A DNA stretch of 64,000 nt from Gammaproteobacteria bacterium. Its GTDB lineage: Bacteria; Pseudomonadota; Gammaproteobacteria; Eutrophobiales; Eutrophobiaceae. Shown piece after piece: positions 38,743 through 47,825 of the stretch. Positions within the stretch are counted from its first letter, which is position 1. The number at the start of each line of letters is the position of its first letter. The notes under the pieces are model-generated. The model saw nothing but the letters and a program-made list of their open reading frames with translations, made no database searches and was not told the DNA's origin. A program made the translations under genes and the position numbers. Location: contig OZ220696.1 of the NCBI GenBank assembly GCA_965116495.1, positions 2,176,001-2,240,000 of the forward strand, written 5' to 3'.

Positions 38743-41700
38743 ATGCTGAAAGAACACGTCCATATTGCCAGGCGTTTTTTGAGATCAATACGCATCGATA
38801 CTGATCTTACTGAAAGCTCGGCATTGGAAGGTTTTATTTGCCCGCAGTCATCCAGAGATGTCCTGATGACCATGGCACGCCACGTAACCGAAACCGGACA
38901 AGGCGCATTCACCTGGACCGGTCCGTACGGAAGTGGGAAGTCCAGCTTGGTCGTTGCACTGAGCGCATTGTTAAGCGGCAGTGCTTCTCTACGCGCGCAA
39001 GCGGGAAAGATATTCGGATGGGAATTGACGGATACCATCGCGGAAGCGATGCCCTCGGGAACTGAAGGATGGCGCATCGTGCCTGTGGTCGGTGTTCGGG
39101 ATGATCCTGTCAGGGTAATTGGAGAAGCCGCTCGACGGGAACTAGTCGTAAAACGCCGTCCTCGCGGCGGGTGGAGAGAAAGCAACCTGATAAAAGCGCT
39201 GACAGATGCCGCTGAATACAAGCCTGACAGGTACGGCGGGGTTGTCTTGTTCATTGACGAGATGGGCAAATTCCTGGAAAGCGCTGTCAGGGACGGTTCC
39301 GATATCTACGTCTTCCAGCAACTTGCGGAAGCGGCGTCACGGAGCAAGGGGCGCTTGCTGGTAATCGGTATACTGCACCAGTCATTCGAGGAGTATACCC
39401 ACCGGCTTTCCCATGAAATAAGGGACGAATGGGCCAAGGTACAAGGACGGTTCATAGACTTGGTGATCAATGCGACGGGCGAAGAGCAGATAGAACTGAT
39501 TTCCCGCGCAATCGAAAGTGATCGTCAACCCAAGATTATGGATGACCTTAGCTCCAATGTCGCTCAGGTTACGCTGCAAAATAACAAGATCGACATTGAT
39601 CGACTCGCCTCGAGGCTGACAGCATGCTGGCCCCTGCACCCGGTTGTCACCTGCCTGCTCGGCCCCATCTCGCGCCGTCGGTTCGGACAAAACCAGCGCA
39701 GCCTGTTCGGCTTTTTGAACTCGGCAGAGTTATTCGGGTTTCAGGATTTCCTGAAACACGCCGATGATGAGAAGTTATATACACCGGACATGCTCTGGGA
39801 TTACCTGCGCGCCAACCTGGAGCCATCCATATTGGCATCACCGGACGGCCATCGCTGGGCGTTGGCCGCCGAGGCGCTTGAACGGTGTGAATCTCAGGAC
39901 GGCAACGAACTACACATCAGTCTTTTGAAAACCATTGCCGTCATAGACCTGTTCAAGGAACGTTCAGGGATTATCGCAAACTTCAACGTACTGCAAACCT
40001 GTTTCCATGAAATACCCGACCAGGAACTCCCGGGCGCCTTGTTGAAGCTGAATAACTGGTCATTCACCATTTACAAAAAGTACCTTGAGACACATGCTAT
40101 TTTTGCCGGTAGCGATTTCGATATCGATCAAGCCACGCGGTCGGCGCTTGAACAGATACATGAGATAGATTTCAAGGAACTTAAATCACTAGCAGGCATT
40201 CAGCCCATTCTAGCCAAGCGGCACTATCACGAGACCGGGACGTTGCGATGGTTTGAGGTAAACATCATACCGCTCAGTGCTCTCCGTGATACTGTCGAGC
40301 ATTACCAGCCTGAGAAGGGGGCCATAGGCCAATTTATTCTTGCCGTACCCACCGCGGGTGAGAGCGAAGAAGAAGCAACAAAACTGTGTCGAGAAGCAGC
40401 CGACCATGATGCCCCCTGGGACAGTCTGGTCGGCATGTCGAAGGCATCATGGACGATTATTCCATTAGCCCGTGAACTGCTTGCATTGGAATGGGTAAGT
40501 GACGAACATCCTGAATTGGCGGGTGATTCTGTTGCTAGGCGGGAAGTTTCCGCACGCCTAGCAGCCCTGCAATCACTGCTTGAAACAGAATTGCACAAAT
40601 CCTTTGATAATGCCAAATGGTTTGGCAAATCACACACCGCCCAGCCCCTGAGGCAGGCTGAACTGAACAACATCGCATCAGAACTTGCAGACAGTCGTTT
40701 CAACCAATGTCCACACTTGCATAATGAACTGTTGAACCGGCAGAAACCGTCCGGCAGCGCCGTGGCAGCCCAAAATATATTGCTGCGACGCATGGTTCTG
40801 AACAAAGGGGAGGACAGGCTGGGCATCCGGAAATTCCCGGCAGAAGCCGGCCTGTTTGTTTCAATACTGGATGCGTCCGGGCTTTATCGGAAACGCAATG
40901 ATCAATGGCGATTCTTGCCTCCCGATAAACACTCGGACTCCTGTTGTCTTATCCCGATGTGGGAAGCTGCGAGCACGCTGGTACATGAAAAAACTATCAC
41001 CGTCACGGATTTGTATGATCTCTGGCGCAAACCACCCTTCGGTGTGAAAGACGGACTACTACCGGTTCTTTCCGTCGCATTCATTCTGTCACAACAGGAG
41101 AAACTGGCAGTCTACCGGGAAGGATTATTCAAAGCCCGATTTGACGACGTTGACGTTGACTACCTGGCAAAGGATCCGAACACCATCCAGGTCCGGTGGA
41201 TGGATTTATCCGACATAGCCCGCAGGTTATTGTCGGAAATGGCGGCAATAGTCCGGGACCTGGACGAAACCAACCGGCTCAGTCAACTTGAACCCATCGA
41301 CGTCGCCCGCGGATTGGTAGCGATATATGACCAATTACCACAATGGACTAAACGGACCATGCGGCTGTCAGCCAACGCGATCCACATCAGGGACATGTTC
41401 AAGCGCGCGCGCGATCCGAACAAGTTCCTGTTTGATGATATACCGGAAACACTGGGAGGAGATATTTCCCAAATCGACGAGGAAGCCCTGCACCGATTAG
41501 TAGAAAAAGTACGCGATGGTCTGACTGAACTGGCAAACGCCTATCCCTCAATGTTGCATAGGTTGCGAGAAACCCTGCTCTCCGAATTGGGTGTGCATAA
41601 TATCTCCCCGCAATCACTGAATGAACTGCGTGACCGCGCTGAAAACATCCGTCAGGTCGAAGGCGATTTCAAACTCGAAGCTTTCATCGGCAGGATTGCA

Positions 41701-42126
41701 CAATTCAATGATACCGGTGCAAGCATCGAAGATATAGCCAGCCTGGCGGCGAACAAACCACCCCGTCACTGGATTGATCCCGATCGCGACCGGACGACCG
41801 TCGAGATTGCTGAACTTTCGCAAAAATTTCTGCGGGCTGAATTATATGCTCGGGTTAAAGACCGACCTGACAAACGCCATGCCATGGCAGTAGTCGTCGG
41901 GATGGATGGCCGACCGACACCAGTTCATGAAGAATTTGCTATTGCTGACATGGATCGAAATCAGGTAGATCTATTAATCAAGCAAGTAAAAGACGCATTG
42001 GAGCACAGCGGAGAAAGACGCCGCAATATCATCCTGGCCGCCCTGGCAGAATTAAGCGCCTTGTATCTCAAACAGGCTGCATCCGATCATACGGATACAG
42101 AACAAAAGGAACAGACGGCGTCATGA
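38743..42126 (+). CDS. sspC: Large P-loop ATPase (SspC-like)
   Basis: 1127 aa; TGPYGSGKS, IDEMGKFLE, EWAKVQGRF, FGQNQRSLFGFL, PPFGVKDG. Confidence 0.85.
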   Translation: MLKEHVHIARRFLRSIRIDTDLTESSALEGFICPQSSRDVLMTMARHVTETGQGAFTWTGPYGSGKSSLVVALSALLSGSASLRAQAGKIFGWELTDTIAEAMPSGTEGWRIVPVVGVRDDPVRVIGEAARRELVVKRRPRGGWRESNLIKALTDAAEYKPDRYGGVVLFIDEMGKFLESAVRDGSDIYVFQQLAEAASRSKGRLLVIGILHQSFEEYTHRLSHEIRDEWAKVQGRFIDLVINATGEEQIELISRAIESDRQPKIMDDLSSNVAQVTLQNNKIDIDRLASRLTACWPLHPVVTCLLGPISRRRFGQNQRSLFGFLNSAELFGFQDFLKHADDEKLYTPDMLWDYLRANLEPSILASPDGHRWALAAEALERCESQDGNELHISLLKTIAVIDLFKERSGIIANFNVLQTCFHEIPDQELPGALLKLNNWSFTIYKKYLETHAIFAGSDFDIDQATRSALEQIHEIDFKELKSLAGIQPILAKRHYHETGTLRWFEVNIIPLSALRDTVEHYQPEKGAIGQFILAVPTAGESEEEATKLCREAADHDAPWDSLVGMSKASWTIIPLARELLALEWVSDEHPELAGDSVARREVSARLAALQSLLETELHKSFDNAKWFGKSHTAQPLRQAELNNIASELADSRFNQCPHLHNELLNRQKPSGSAVAAQNILLRRMVLNKGEDRLGIRKFPAEAGLFVSILDASGLYRKRNDQWRFLPPDKHSDSCCLIPMWEAASTLVHEKTITVTDLYDLWRKPPFGVKDGLLPVLSVAFILSQQEKLAVYREGLFKARFDDVDVDYLAKDPNTIQVRWMDLSDIARRLLSEMAAIVRDLDETNRLSQLEPIDVARGLVAIYDQLPQWTKRTMRLSANAIHIRDMFKRARDPNKFLFDDIPETLGGDISQIDEEALHRLVEKVRDGLTELANAYPSMLHRLRETLLSELGVHNISPQSLNELRDRAENIRQVEGDFKLEAFIGRIAQFNDTGASIEDIASLAANKPPRHWIDPDRDRTTVEIAELSQKFLRAELYARVKDRPDKRHAMAVVVGMDGRPTPVHEEFAIADMDRNQVDLLIKQVKDALEHSGERRRNIILAALAELSALYLKQAASDHTDTEQKEQTAS

Positions 42127-42965
42127 ATACTGAAGCCAGTAAGCGGCATGTGCTGGGTCTGTCCGGCGGGCGAGACAGCGCGGCCTTGGCCGTATATATG
42201 CGGCAACACCACCCGGAATTGAATATCGAATACTTTTTTACAGACACTGGCAAAGAACTACCGGAAGTCTACGAATATCTTGGTCGTCTTGAAGGTTTCC
42301 TGGGCCAGCCGATATTACGGCTGAATCCAGACCGCGATTTCGACTTCTGGCTCAAGCAGTACAACGATTTCCTACCTTCGCCCCAAAGCCGCTGGTGTAC
42401 CAGGCAACTGAAACTTCGGCCATTCGAACAATGGCTGCGTCCCAAGCTCGAAAATGGGGAAACCATCTACAGCTATGTCGCAATCCGTTCTGACGAAGAG
42501 TACCGCGAGGGCTATGCTTCCAAAAACGACAGGCTCATAGTGCGACTGCCTTTTAAGGAAGTTGGCGTCGACAAGGCCGGAGTGCTCGAGATACTTGACG
42601 GCGCCGGCCTGGGCCTGCCGACATACTACGAATGGCGAACCCGTAGTGGTTGTACCTTCTGTTTCTTCCAGCAGAAAATCGAATGGGTCCGGTTGAAAGA
42701 ACATCATCCTGACGCATTCGAGGAAGCCAAGGCTTATGAAAAGAACTCAGTGGGCCACGGATCTCCTTTCACCTGGAGTCAAGGCGAAGCCCTTGATGAA
42801 TTGGAAAAGCCGGAACGGATCAGTCAAATCAGGCAGGAGCATGAACAGCGTCTGTTACGTATGCGTTGTAAGGTCCAGCCTAATCCGTTACGGCCTGATA
42901 ATGATCCGCTGGATATTGATGATTTATACGGTCGGGCGAAGGTTTGTTTGGCTTGTCATAAATAG
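42123..42965 (+). CDS. sspD: PAPS-reductase family protein (SspD-like)
   Basis: PP-loop SGGRDS, RWCT, SGCTFCFFQ, terminal CLACHK; ATGA overlap with sspC. Confidence 0.88.
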   Translation: MNTEASKRHVLGLSGGRDSAALAVYMRQHHPELNIEYFFTDTGKELPEVYEYLGRLEGFLGQPILRLNPDRDFDFWLKQYNDFLPSPQSRWCTRQLKLRPFEQWLRPKLENGETIYSYVAIRSDEEYREGYASKNDRLIVRLPFKEVGVDKAGVLEILDGAGLGLPTYYEWRTRSGCTFCFFQQKIEWVRLKEHHPDAFEEAKAYEKNSVGHGSPFTWSQGEALDELEKPERISQIRQEHEQRLLRMRCKVQPNPLRPDNDPLDIDDLYGRAKVCLACHK

Positions 42966-42982
42966 AAACTGGAGAAAGATAC

Positions 42983-43507
42983 TTGAATTTCGATTTACTG
43001 GTAGACTTTGTAAATGAAGCAACCGAAGAAATAGCAAAGTATCAGGTTGAGTTCACCTTGTCTTCCCCGAATATGAGAGTAAACCAATATGTAGTTCCTT
43101 TCCTTAAGTGGGATTCAATAAGTTACGGTGATGCTGAGATATGTAAAGTCCCAAATGACAAACGAGGAATATATGCTTTTGCCATCTGTCAACTGAGTGA
43201 CGTGCTACCGCCTCATGGATACATTCTATATGTTGGAATTGCAGGCCGCGACTCTAAGCGCTCATTGAGAGAACGCTACAAAGACTATCTTAATGAAAAA
43301 AAAGTCATCAAATCATCTCCTAGAATTGCGCGAATGATCGGCACTTGGCATGATGTGTTGCGATTTTTTTTTGCTCCTGTAAGTGATGACGTTTCAGCAG
43401 ATGATCTGAAAAAACTAGAAAAAGAATTGAATTCAGTTCTAATACCACCGTTTTCTGAGAACGACTTAGAGGCAGACATTAAACGCAAACGGAGGGCGTT
43501 TCGATGA
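42983..43507 (+). CDS. GIY-YIG nuclease-like protein
   Basis: RGIYAF..ILYVGIA..SLRERYKDY..LEKEL..PPF. Confidence 0.7.
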   Translation: MNFDLLVDFVNEATEEIAKYQVEFTLSSPNMRVNQYVVPFLKWDSISYGDAEICKVPNDKRGIYAFAICQLSDVLPPHGYILYVGIAGRDSKRSLRERYKDYLNEKKVIKSSPRIARMIGTWHDVLRFFFAPVSDDVSADDLKKLEKELNSVLIPPFSENDLEADIKRKRRAFR

Positions 43508-44763
43508 AAAAATTGAGAAAGATTGTTCTACCTGCAATTCGCGGAATTATGGGTGACTGGGTATATTATTCATGCCTTATGGACTTGAAAGAGTTAAGCT
43601 CAAGAGTTCACTACGCAGAGGAGATTCATAAAAATCAGGCACTCTCAGATATGATTCAAAGAAGGCTAAAGGCCGGACGAAGTGCACAAATTGCTGAATA
43701 TCTCAAGATTCAGCCGGAACGTTTCTTTAATTCTCTCGTCGTTGCAACTTATGGCGGACAGCCTAACTGGCACGCTCTATCTAATGTTAGTGGCAAAACA
43801 GTTAACAATGAATTACGCGATATACGAGATGCAACTATCGCATCAGTCGGATTCTTAACTCTAAGAGGGGATGAAAAACTTTTTGCATTAGACGGACAAC
43901 ACCGGCTTGCTGGTATAAAAAAAGCTATTAGAGATGAAATGGAGCAAGATCCGTTTGATGAAGTATCAGTAATTTTTGTTGCCCACAAAGATACCTCCAA
44001 AGGCTTAGAGAGAACTAGAAGATTATTCACGACCCTCAATAAGACTGCGCGGCCGGTGTCTAAAGGCGATATTATTGCTTTAGATGAAGATGATGTAATG
44101 GCTCTTTGTGCTAGGCGACTTATTGAAGAAACTGATTTCTTTTTCGGGAATCGCATAGCATTCGTAGCAAATAATAACTTACCTGGGGCAAATATCACTA
44201 GCCTCACAACAATCGGAAATTTATATGACATTTTGACTATTTTGTTCACCAATGGGCAATCAGACTTGAAAAAAAGGAAAAGTGATCTACAAAGAGTACG
44301 ACCAAACGATGATATTCTTGAGCAGTACTATAAATATTCTGAGGGGTTTGTATCGCTACTTGGTGAAAATTTCGAAGAGTTATATGAATTTTTCGCTGCC
44401 AAAGATACTACCGCTATTGTAAAAAAATACCGGGGAAATTTTGGAGGCCGCGCAACTTTCCGTCCAATTGGTCTAGATGTATTTACAAGAGTAATAGCTC
44501 AACTCTCAAAAGAGATGACACTCGCCGAAGCTATTAAACTTGTTGCAAAATTGCCTCGAAATCTTTCTGATGCGCCTTACGAAGGATTGATGTGGGATTC
44601 AAACCAAAAGATAATTCTCAACGGGCATAAAGTAACTTTGCGCGAGGTGCTTTTATTCATGCTGGGAAGGAACACCAAAAAATATTCAGAACCGATACTG
44701 TTAGATAGATATAGGCGAGAAACTGATAACAACAAAATAAACCTACCCGAAAAACTAATTTAG
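43504..44763 (+). CDS. DGQHR-domain (DndB-like / ParB-fold) protein
   Basis: PAIRGIMG, IQR, FFNSLVV, ALDGQHRLAG, RRLFTTLNK. Confidence 0.88.
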   Translation: MKKLRKIVLPAIRGIMGDWVYYSCLMDLKELSSRVHYAEEIHKNQALSDMIQRRLKAGRSAQIAEYLKIQPERFFNSLVVATYGGQPNWHALSNVSGKTVNNELRDIRDATIASVGFLTLRGDEKLFALDGQHRLAGIKKAIRDEMEQDPFDEVSVIFVAHKDTSKGLERTRRLFTTLNKTARPVSKGDIIALDEDDVMALCARRLIEETDFFFGNRIAFVANNNLPGANITSLTTIGNLYDILTILFTNGQSDLKKRKSDLQRVRPNDDILEQYYKYSEGFVSLLGENFEELYEFFAAKDTTAIVKKYRGNFGGRATFRPIGLDVFTRVIAQLSKEMTLAEAIKLVAKLPRNLSDAPYEGLMWDSNQKIILNGHKVTLREVLLFMLGRNTKKYSEPILLDRYRRETDNNKINLPEKLI

Positions 44764-44770
44764 CAATAGC

Positions 44771-44943
44771 TGCGTAATCCGGCTGATCGTGAACACTCAT
44801 TCTGGTTGAACGTGAACACCGATTCCGGTTCATCGTGAACACCTGTTCCGGTTGAACGTGAACACTTTTCCGGTCATTTCCGGAATCACTGTTCACGTTC
44901 CCGGAATCACCGTTCACAATCAACCGGAATCATTCTCAACGCA
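44771..44943. mobile_element. IS21-like non-autonomous remnant (fused ends, no transposase)
   Basis: Starts TGCGT, ends ACGCA; CGTGAACAC repeated at 44788, 44811, 44834, 44857 (23-bp period), then inverted GTTCAC copies at 44891 and 44912. Confidence 0.7.
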
Positions 44944-45015
44944 TTGAACTTGTAACCCTTGGTAGGCTCTCTCCTTTTTGGAGGAACTTGTCCTTGAAAA
45001 TCTTTTCGCTAGTAA

Positions 45016-45450
45016 TTATGTAACTAGTTTTTCCAATTCATCAAACAAAGACCACAGCGGTCGCTCATCTGGATCAGACATTATTTGAATCAAGTAAGGC
45101 ATCCCAGCATTTGCGACACCTAGGCAATAATCAAAAATTTCCCTGTAATCAGACAAAGACTCTATATCCTCAGTTGTACCTAAGTATGCGAGTAGCATAT
45201 GGTTAATTCTGTATGGGTCAGTAGAGAAAATTGTTGCAGGAGTTGCGTTGTACGTGTCAGCGTCTGGCTCTGGGTCTAAGCCTTTCGAAAGACCTATTAA
45301 AAAAGCCATATACCAGAAATCTACTTGTCTTTTAAATGGGGCATACTCTGGTGTACTCTTATTTCCTCCTGTGCGGCTATAACTAACAACTGACTCTCTA
45401 TATTTGTTAGGTATTTCCACGTTGTATGATGCGAAAGGATTAGCAATCAT
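45016..45450 (-). CDS. Small hypothetical protein (PbeD-like position)
   Basis: 144 aa, AGGAG RBS, last gene of the operon; PFKRQVDFWYMAFLIG..ANAG pattern reminiscent of small ATPase partners in DNA-sulfur loci. Confidence 0.6.
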   Translation of the reverse strand: MIANPFASYNVEIPNKYRESVVSYSRTGGNKSTPEYAPFKRQVDFWYMAFLIGLSKGLDPEPDADTYNATPATIFSTDPYRINHMLLAYLGTTEDIESLSDYREIFDYCLGVANAGMPYLIQIMSDPDERPLWSLFDELEKLVT

Positions 45451-45462
45451 ATCTAAACTCCT

Positions 45463-47604
45463 TTAAGAAACAGATTCGTTATTTACTCTTTCGCATGTAT
45501 GGCAACGTGATCTATGGTCACAACTGCATCTAATAATGCGAGCATCATTTACTTCCGCCTGGTGTACTAACATTCTCGGGTAGTGTGCAGGATTGGTTAT
45601 CGTATAAACCTTACCAGCCTTTGTATCAATAATGCTTTCAACACCCGCTATCTCGTCGTGCGTCAGGAAGAGAACAACTTGACTACCTTCCATAATGGTT
45701 CGTCGAAGAACAGATCTCTTTACGAAACCAGACATCATCCCTAGAGGGGTATCAATAACATTAGGTGCTTCGACTTGACTTACCTTTGTTAATGCCAAAA
45801 TAAATGCAAGAGTGATGGCCCTACGTGATGCTCCATTCAAATCTTGATCGGGATTGAGTTGGTGACCATTTGGCCCGTACACCAAGATATCGTAGTCTTC
45901 GGTCAACTCAGCTTTTGTAATCAATGTGAGGTCGTTGACCTCGGGCTCAGCACCGATCATCTCTAAAAATATGCGATTCATTTCATCACTTACCTTCTTT
46001 AGCTCTTCTTTCACCAAATGTTCCTCTATTTGGTGGAATATATTTTGAACATTACGTGATAGATTGAGCTTGTCCACAGACGAATCAGTTTTAGTAAGTT
46101 TCTTTTCGATTTTCTTCCTATTATCTTCGGCGTCCCGTTTGCGTTGTTTAGATTCTTCAATCGAACTCTCACGTTGGCCAAGTCGTATTCTCGCCGAATC
46201 CAATTTACGAGATAACGAATATTCCAGTTCTCGGTATTCGTTTAGTGAAGTATCATCTATAGCGTCGCGATCAGCGATGAGCTTCTTCAGTCTTTTTTGG
46301 TCAGCAGAAAGGTCCGACATGAACTCATAAAAATCCTTATTCCGCGAAGCATAATATTGAACCCACCCATCTGAACGCGACTTATCAAATTGTTCGCTTC
46401 TCACTGCGTAGAATAGGCTTGTCGCTGCCTCCTGTAACGCGTCGGAGGCTCGACTGTCCTCTATAGATTCTTGAATTGAGTCCCTTGCTTTCATCCCAAT
46501 TTTTGTTTCTGTAGATAAATCTGCACCACAAAAACACTTGTCACGGCTAAGAAGCTCTTCAAGTATAGGGATATTTACTTTTGGGAGTCGCTTCTTCTTA
46601 CTCATGCCATTTAGAAGTGCTAGACCTTTTTTTGCTGACTTAGATATAAGTACGGCTGATAAATGATCGGAATTAAGCAGGGTAGATATATCTTCTAAGG
46701 CTTTCTTTGAGCCTTGAGTACCACGTTCGATATCTTTTCTACACTTGTTTATGTCCGCTACCAATTTGGATTTGTCACCAAGCTTTAAAGCCTCTTCAAT
46801 CTTTTTTCGTGTGGAATTCAGTGTGCTACTGCCCTCACTGATCTCACTCTCGAGCGTTTTTCTTTCCTTTTCCCACTCAGTAATATCTTCCTCAAATCCT
46901 ACGATGCGATCATTAAATTTTTCAAGCTCTTTTGCATAATCAGTGTCATCAATCCTTGAGCCAAATTTGCTAGCGGCTTTATCGAGGTGGTTAATCGTCT
47001 TATCTAAAATATCGAGTCCTAATAATGCCTCAATGGCATCGCTCACACGCTTTCTTTTTACACCCCGAGTTGCTGCTGCTTCGATGAACGACATGGCGCT
47101 ATCACCGTCAGTAAAATACACATCCTTCAAGGCACCGGGAATACTGCTCTCGATAATTTCTTCCACATCGGAAGCCAATATACGTTCAGACCCCTCGGGC
47201 TTAATTTCAAAGAGTATTACTCCCTCTGCCTCACGGCGTATGTCCCCCGAATCACTAGGATACTCAATACACGTCCTAAGTAATCTGTATTGTTTTTTTT
47301 GGAGCTCATGAGCACTGCGCCCGAGAGTTACTACTTGGTCTGTCTCGAACTCTATCTCTACTGACACCTCAACTTTCTGGATAGTCTCCTTCATATCTGA
47401 AGGGAAAAGGGGGTATTGTTTACCAATACCAGGCAATGCTCTGTTTCCAAAAAGACCCCATAGCAAAGCAGTTTTGCATGTGGTTTTACCAGATTCGTTT
47501 GCAGCTCGTATTACAGTAAGATTTTTCTTTTCGTCACATGAAAAATCCAGTGTGAGGTCTTTCAATAAACGAAAATTATTAATACTTGCTCTTATCAACT
47601 TCAT
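45463..47604 (-). CDS. SMC/Rad50-like ABC ATPase (PbeC/DndD-like)
   Basis: Walker A AANESGKTT, YFTDGD, coiled coils with a CFCG hook, signature LNGASRR, Walker B VIDTPLG, LTHDE. Confidence 0.88.
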   Translation of the reverse strand: MKLIRASINNFRLLKDLTLDFSCDEKKNLTVIRAANESGKTTCKTALLWGLFGNRALPGIGKQYPLFPSDMKETIQKVEVSVEIEFETDQVVTLGRSAHELQKKQYRLLRTCIEYPSDSGDIRREAEGVILFEIKPEGSERILASDVEEIIESSIPGALKDVYFTDGDSAMSFIEAAATRGVKRKRVSDAIEALLGLDILDKTINHLDKAASKFGSRIDDTDYAKELEKFNDRIVGFEEDITEWEKERKTLESEISEGSSTLNSTRKKIEEALKLGDKSKLVADINKCRKDIERGTQGSKKALEDISTLLNSDHLSAVLISKSAKKGLALLNGMSKKKRLPKVNIPILEELLSRDKCFCGADLSTETKIGMKARDSIQESIEDSRASDALQEAATSLFYAVRSEQFDKSRSDGWVQYYASRNKDFYEFMSDLSADQKRLKKLIADRDAIDDTSLNEYRELEYSLSRKLDSARIRLGQRESSIEESKQRKRDAEDNRKKIEKKLTKTDSSVDKLNLSRNVQNIFHQIEEHLVKEELKKVSDEMNRIFLEMIGAEPEVNDLTLITKAELTEDYDILVYGPNGHQLNPDQDLNGASRRAITLAFILALTKVSQVEAPNVIDTPLGMMSGFVKRSVLRRTIMEGSQVVLFLTHDEIAGVESIIDTKAGKVYTITNPAHYPRMLVHQAEVNDARIIRCSCDHRSRCHTCERVNNESVS

Positions 47605-47825
47605 TATCGATCTCCTAATTCCTTTATCCGATCTGCTACGAACGAAACTTCATCCATGATGCTCTCGATCATTCGTGATCTAGGGACAGATTCGGAACTA
47701 GCCTCCAACATGTATATTTTGTTGCAAAGCAATTTAATTTTCTCCTTCTGCCCATCAGTCCAGGAATCTGTCGAGTCCACTTCCCGAGAAATCATCTCTG
47801 ATATCTTTTTGTATCCAATACTCAT
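47604..47825 (-). CDS. Small helical protein (PbeB-like position)
   Basis: 73 aa, start/stop overlap with both neighbours. Confidence 0.65.
   Translation of the reverse strand: MSIGYKKISEMISREVDSTDSWTDGQKEKIKLLCNKIYMLEASSESVPRSRMIESIMDEVSFVADRIKELGDR

Noticed and set aside
37775-42965. Complete BREX system
   Set aside because: No pglZ, pglX or brxL in the window; the gene set matches sspBCD
44771-44943. CRISPR array
   Set aside because: The 23-bp period leaves no unique spacers, the repeats invert, and there are no cas genes; IS21-like ends fit better
36414-47604. Classical dndABCDE cluster
   Set aside because: The PAPS-reductase is the short SspD type coupled to DUF4007/ATPase, the SMC-like ATPase is in a separate opposite-strand operon, and no clear DndC or DndE is present
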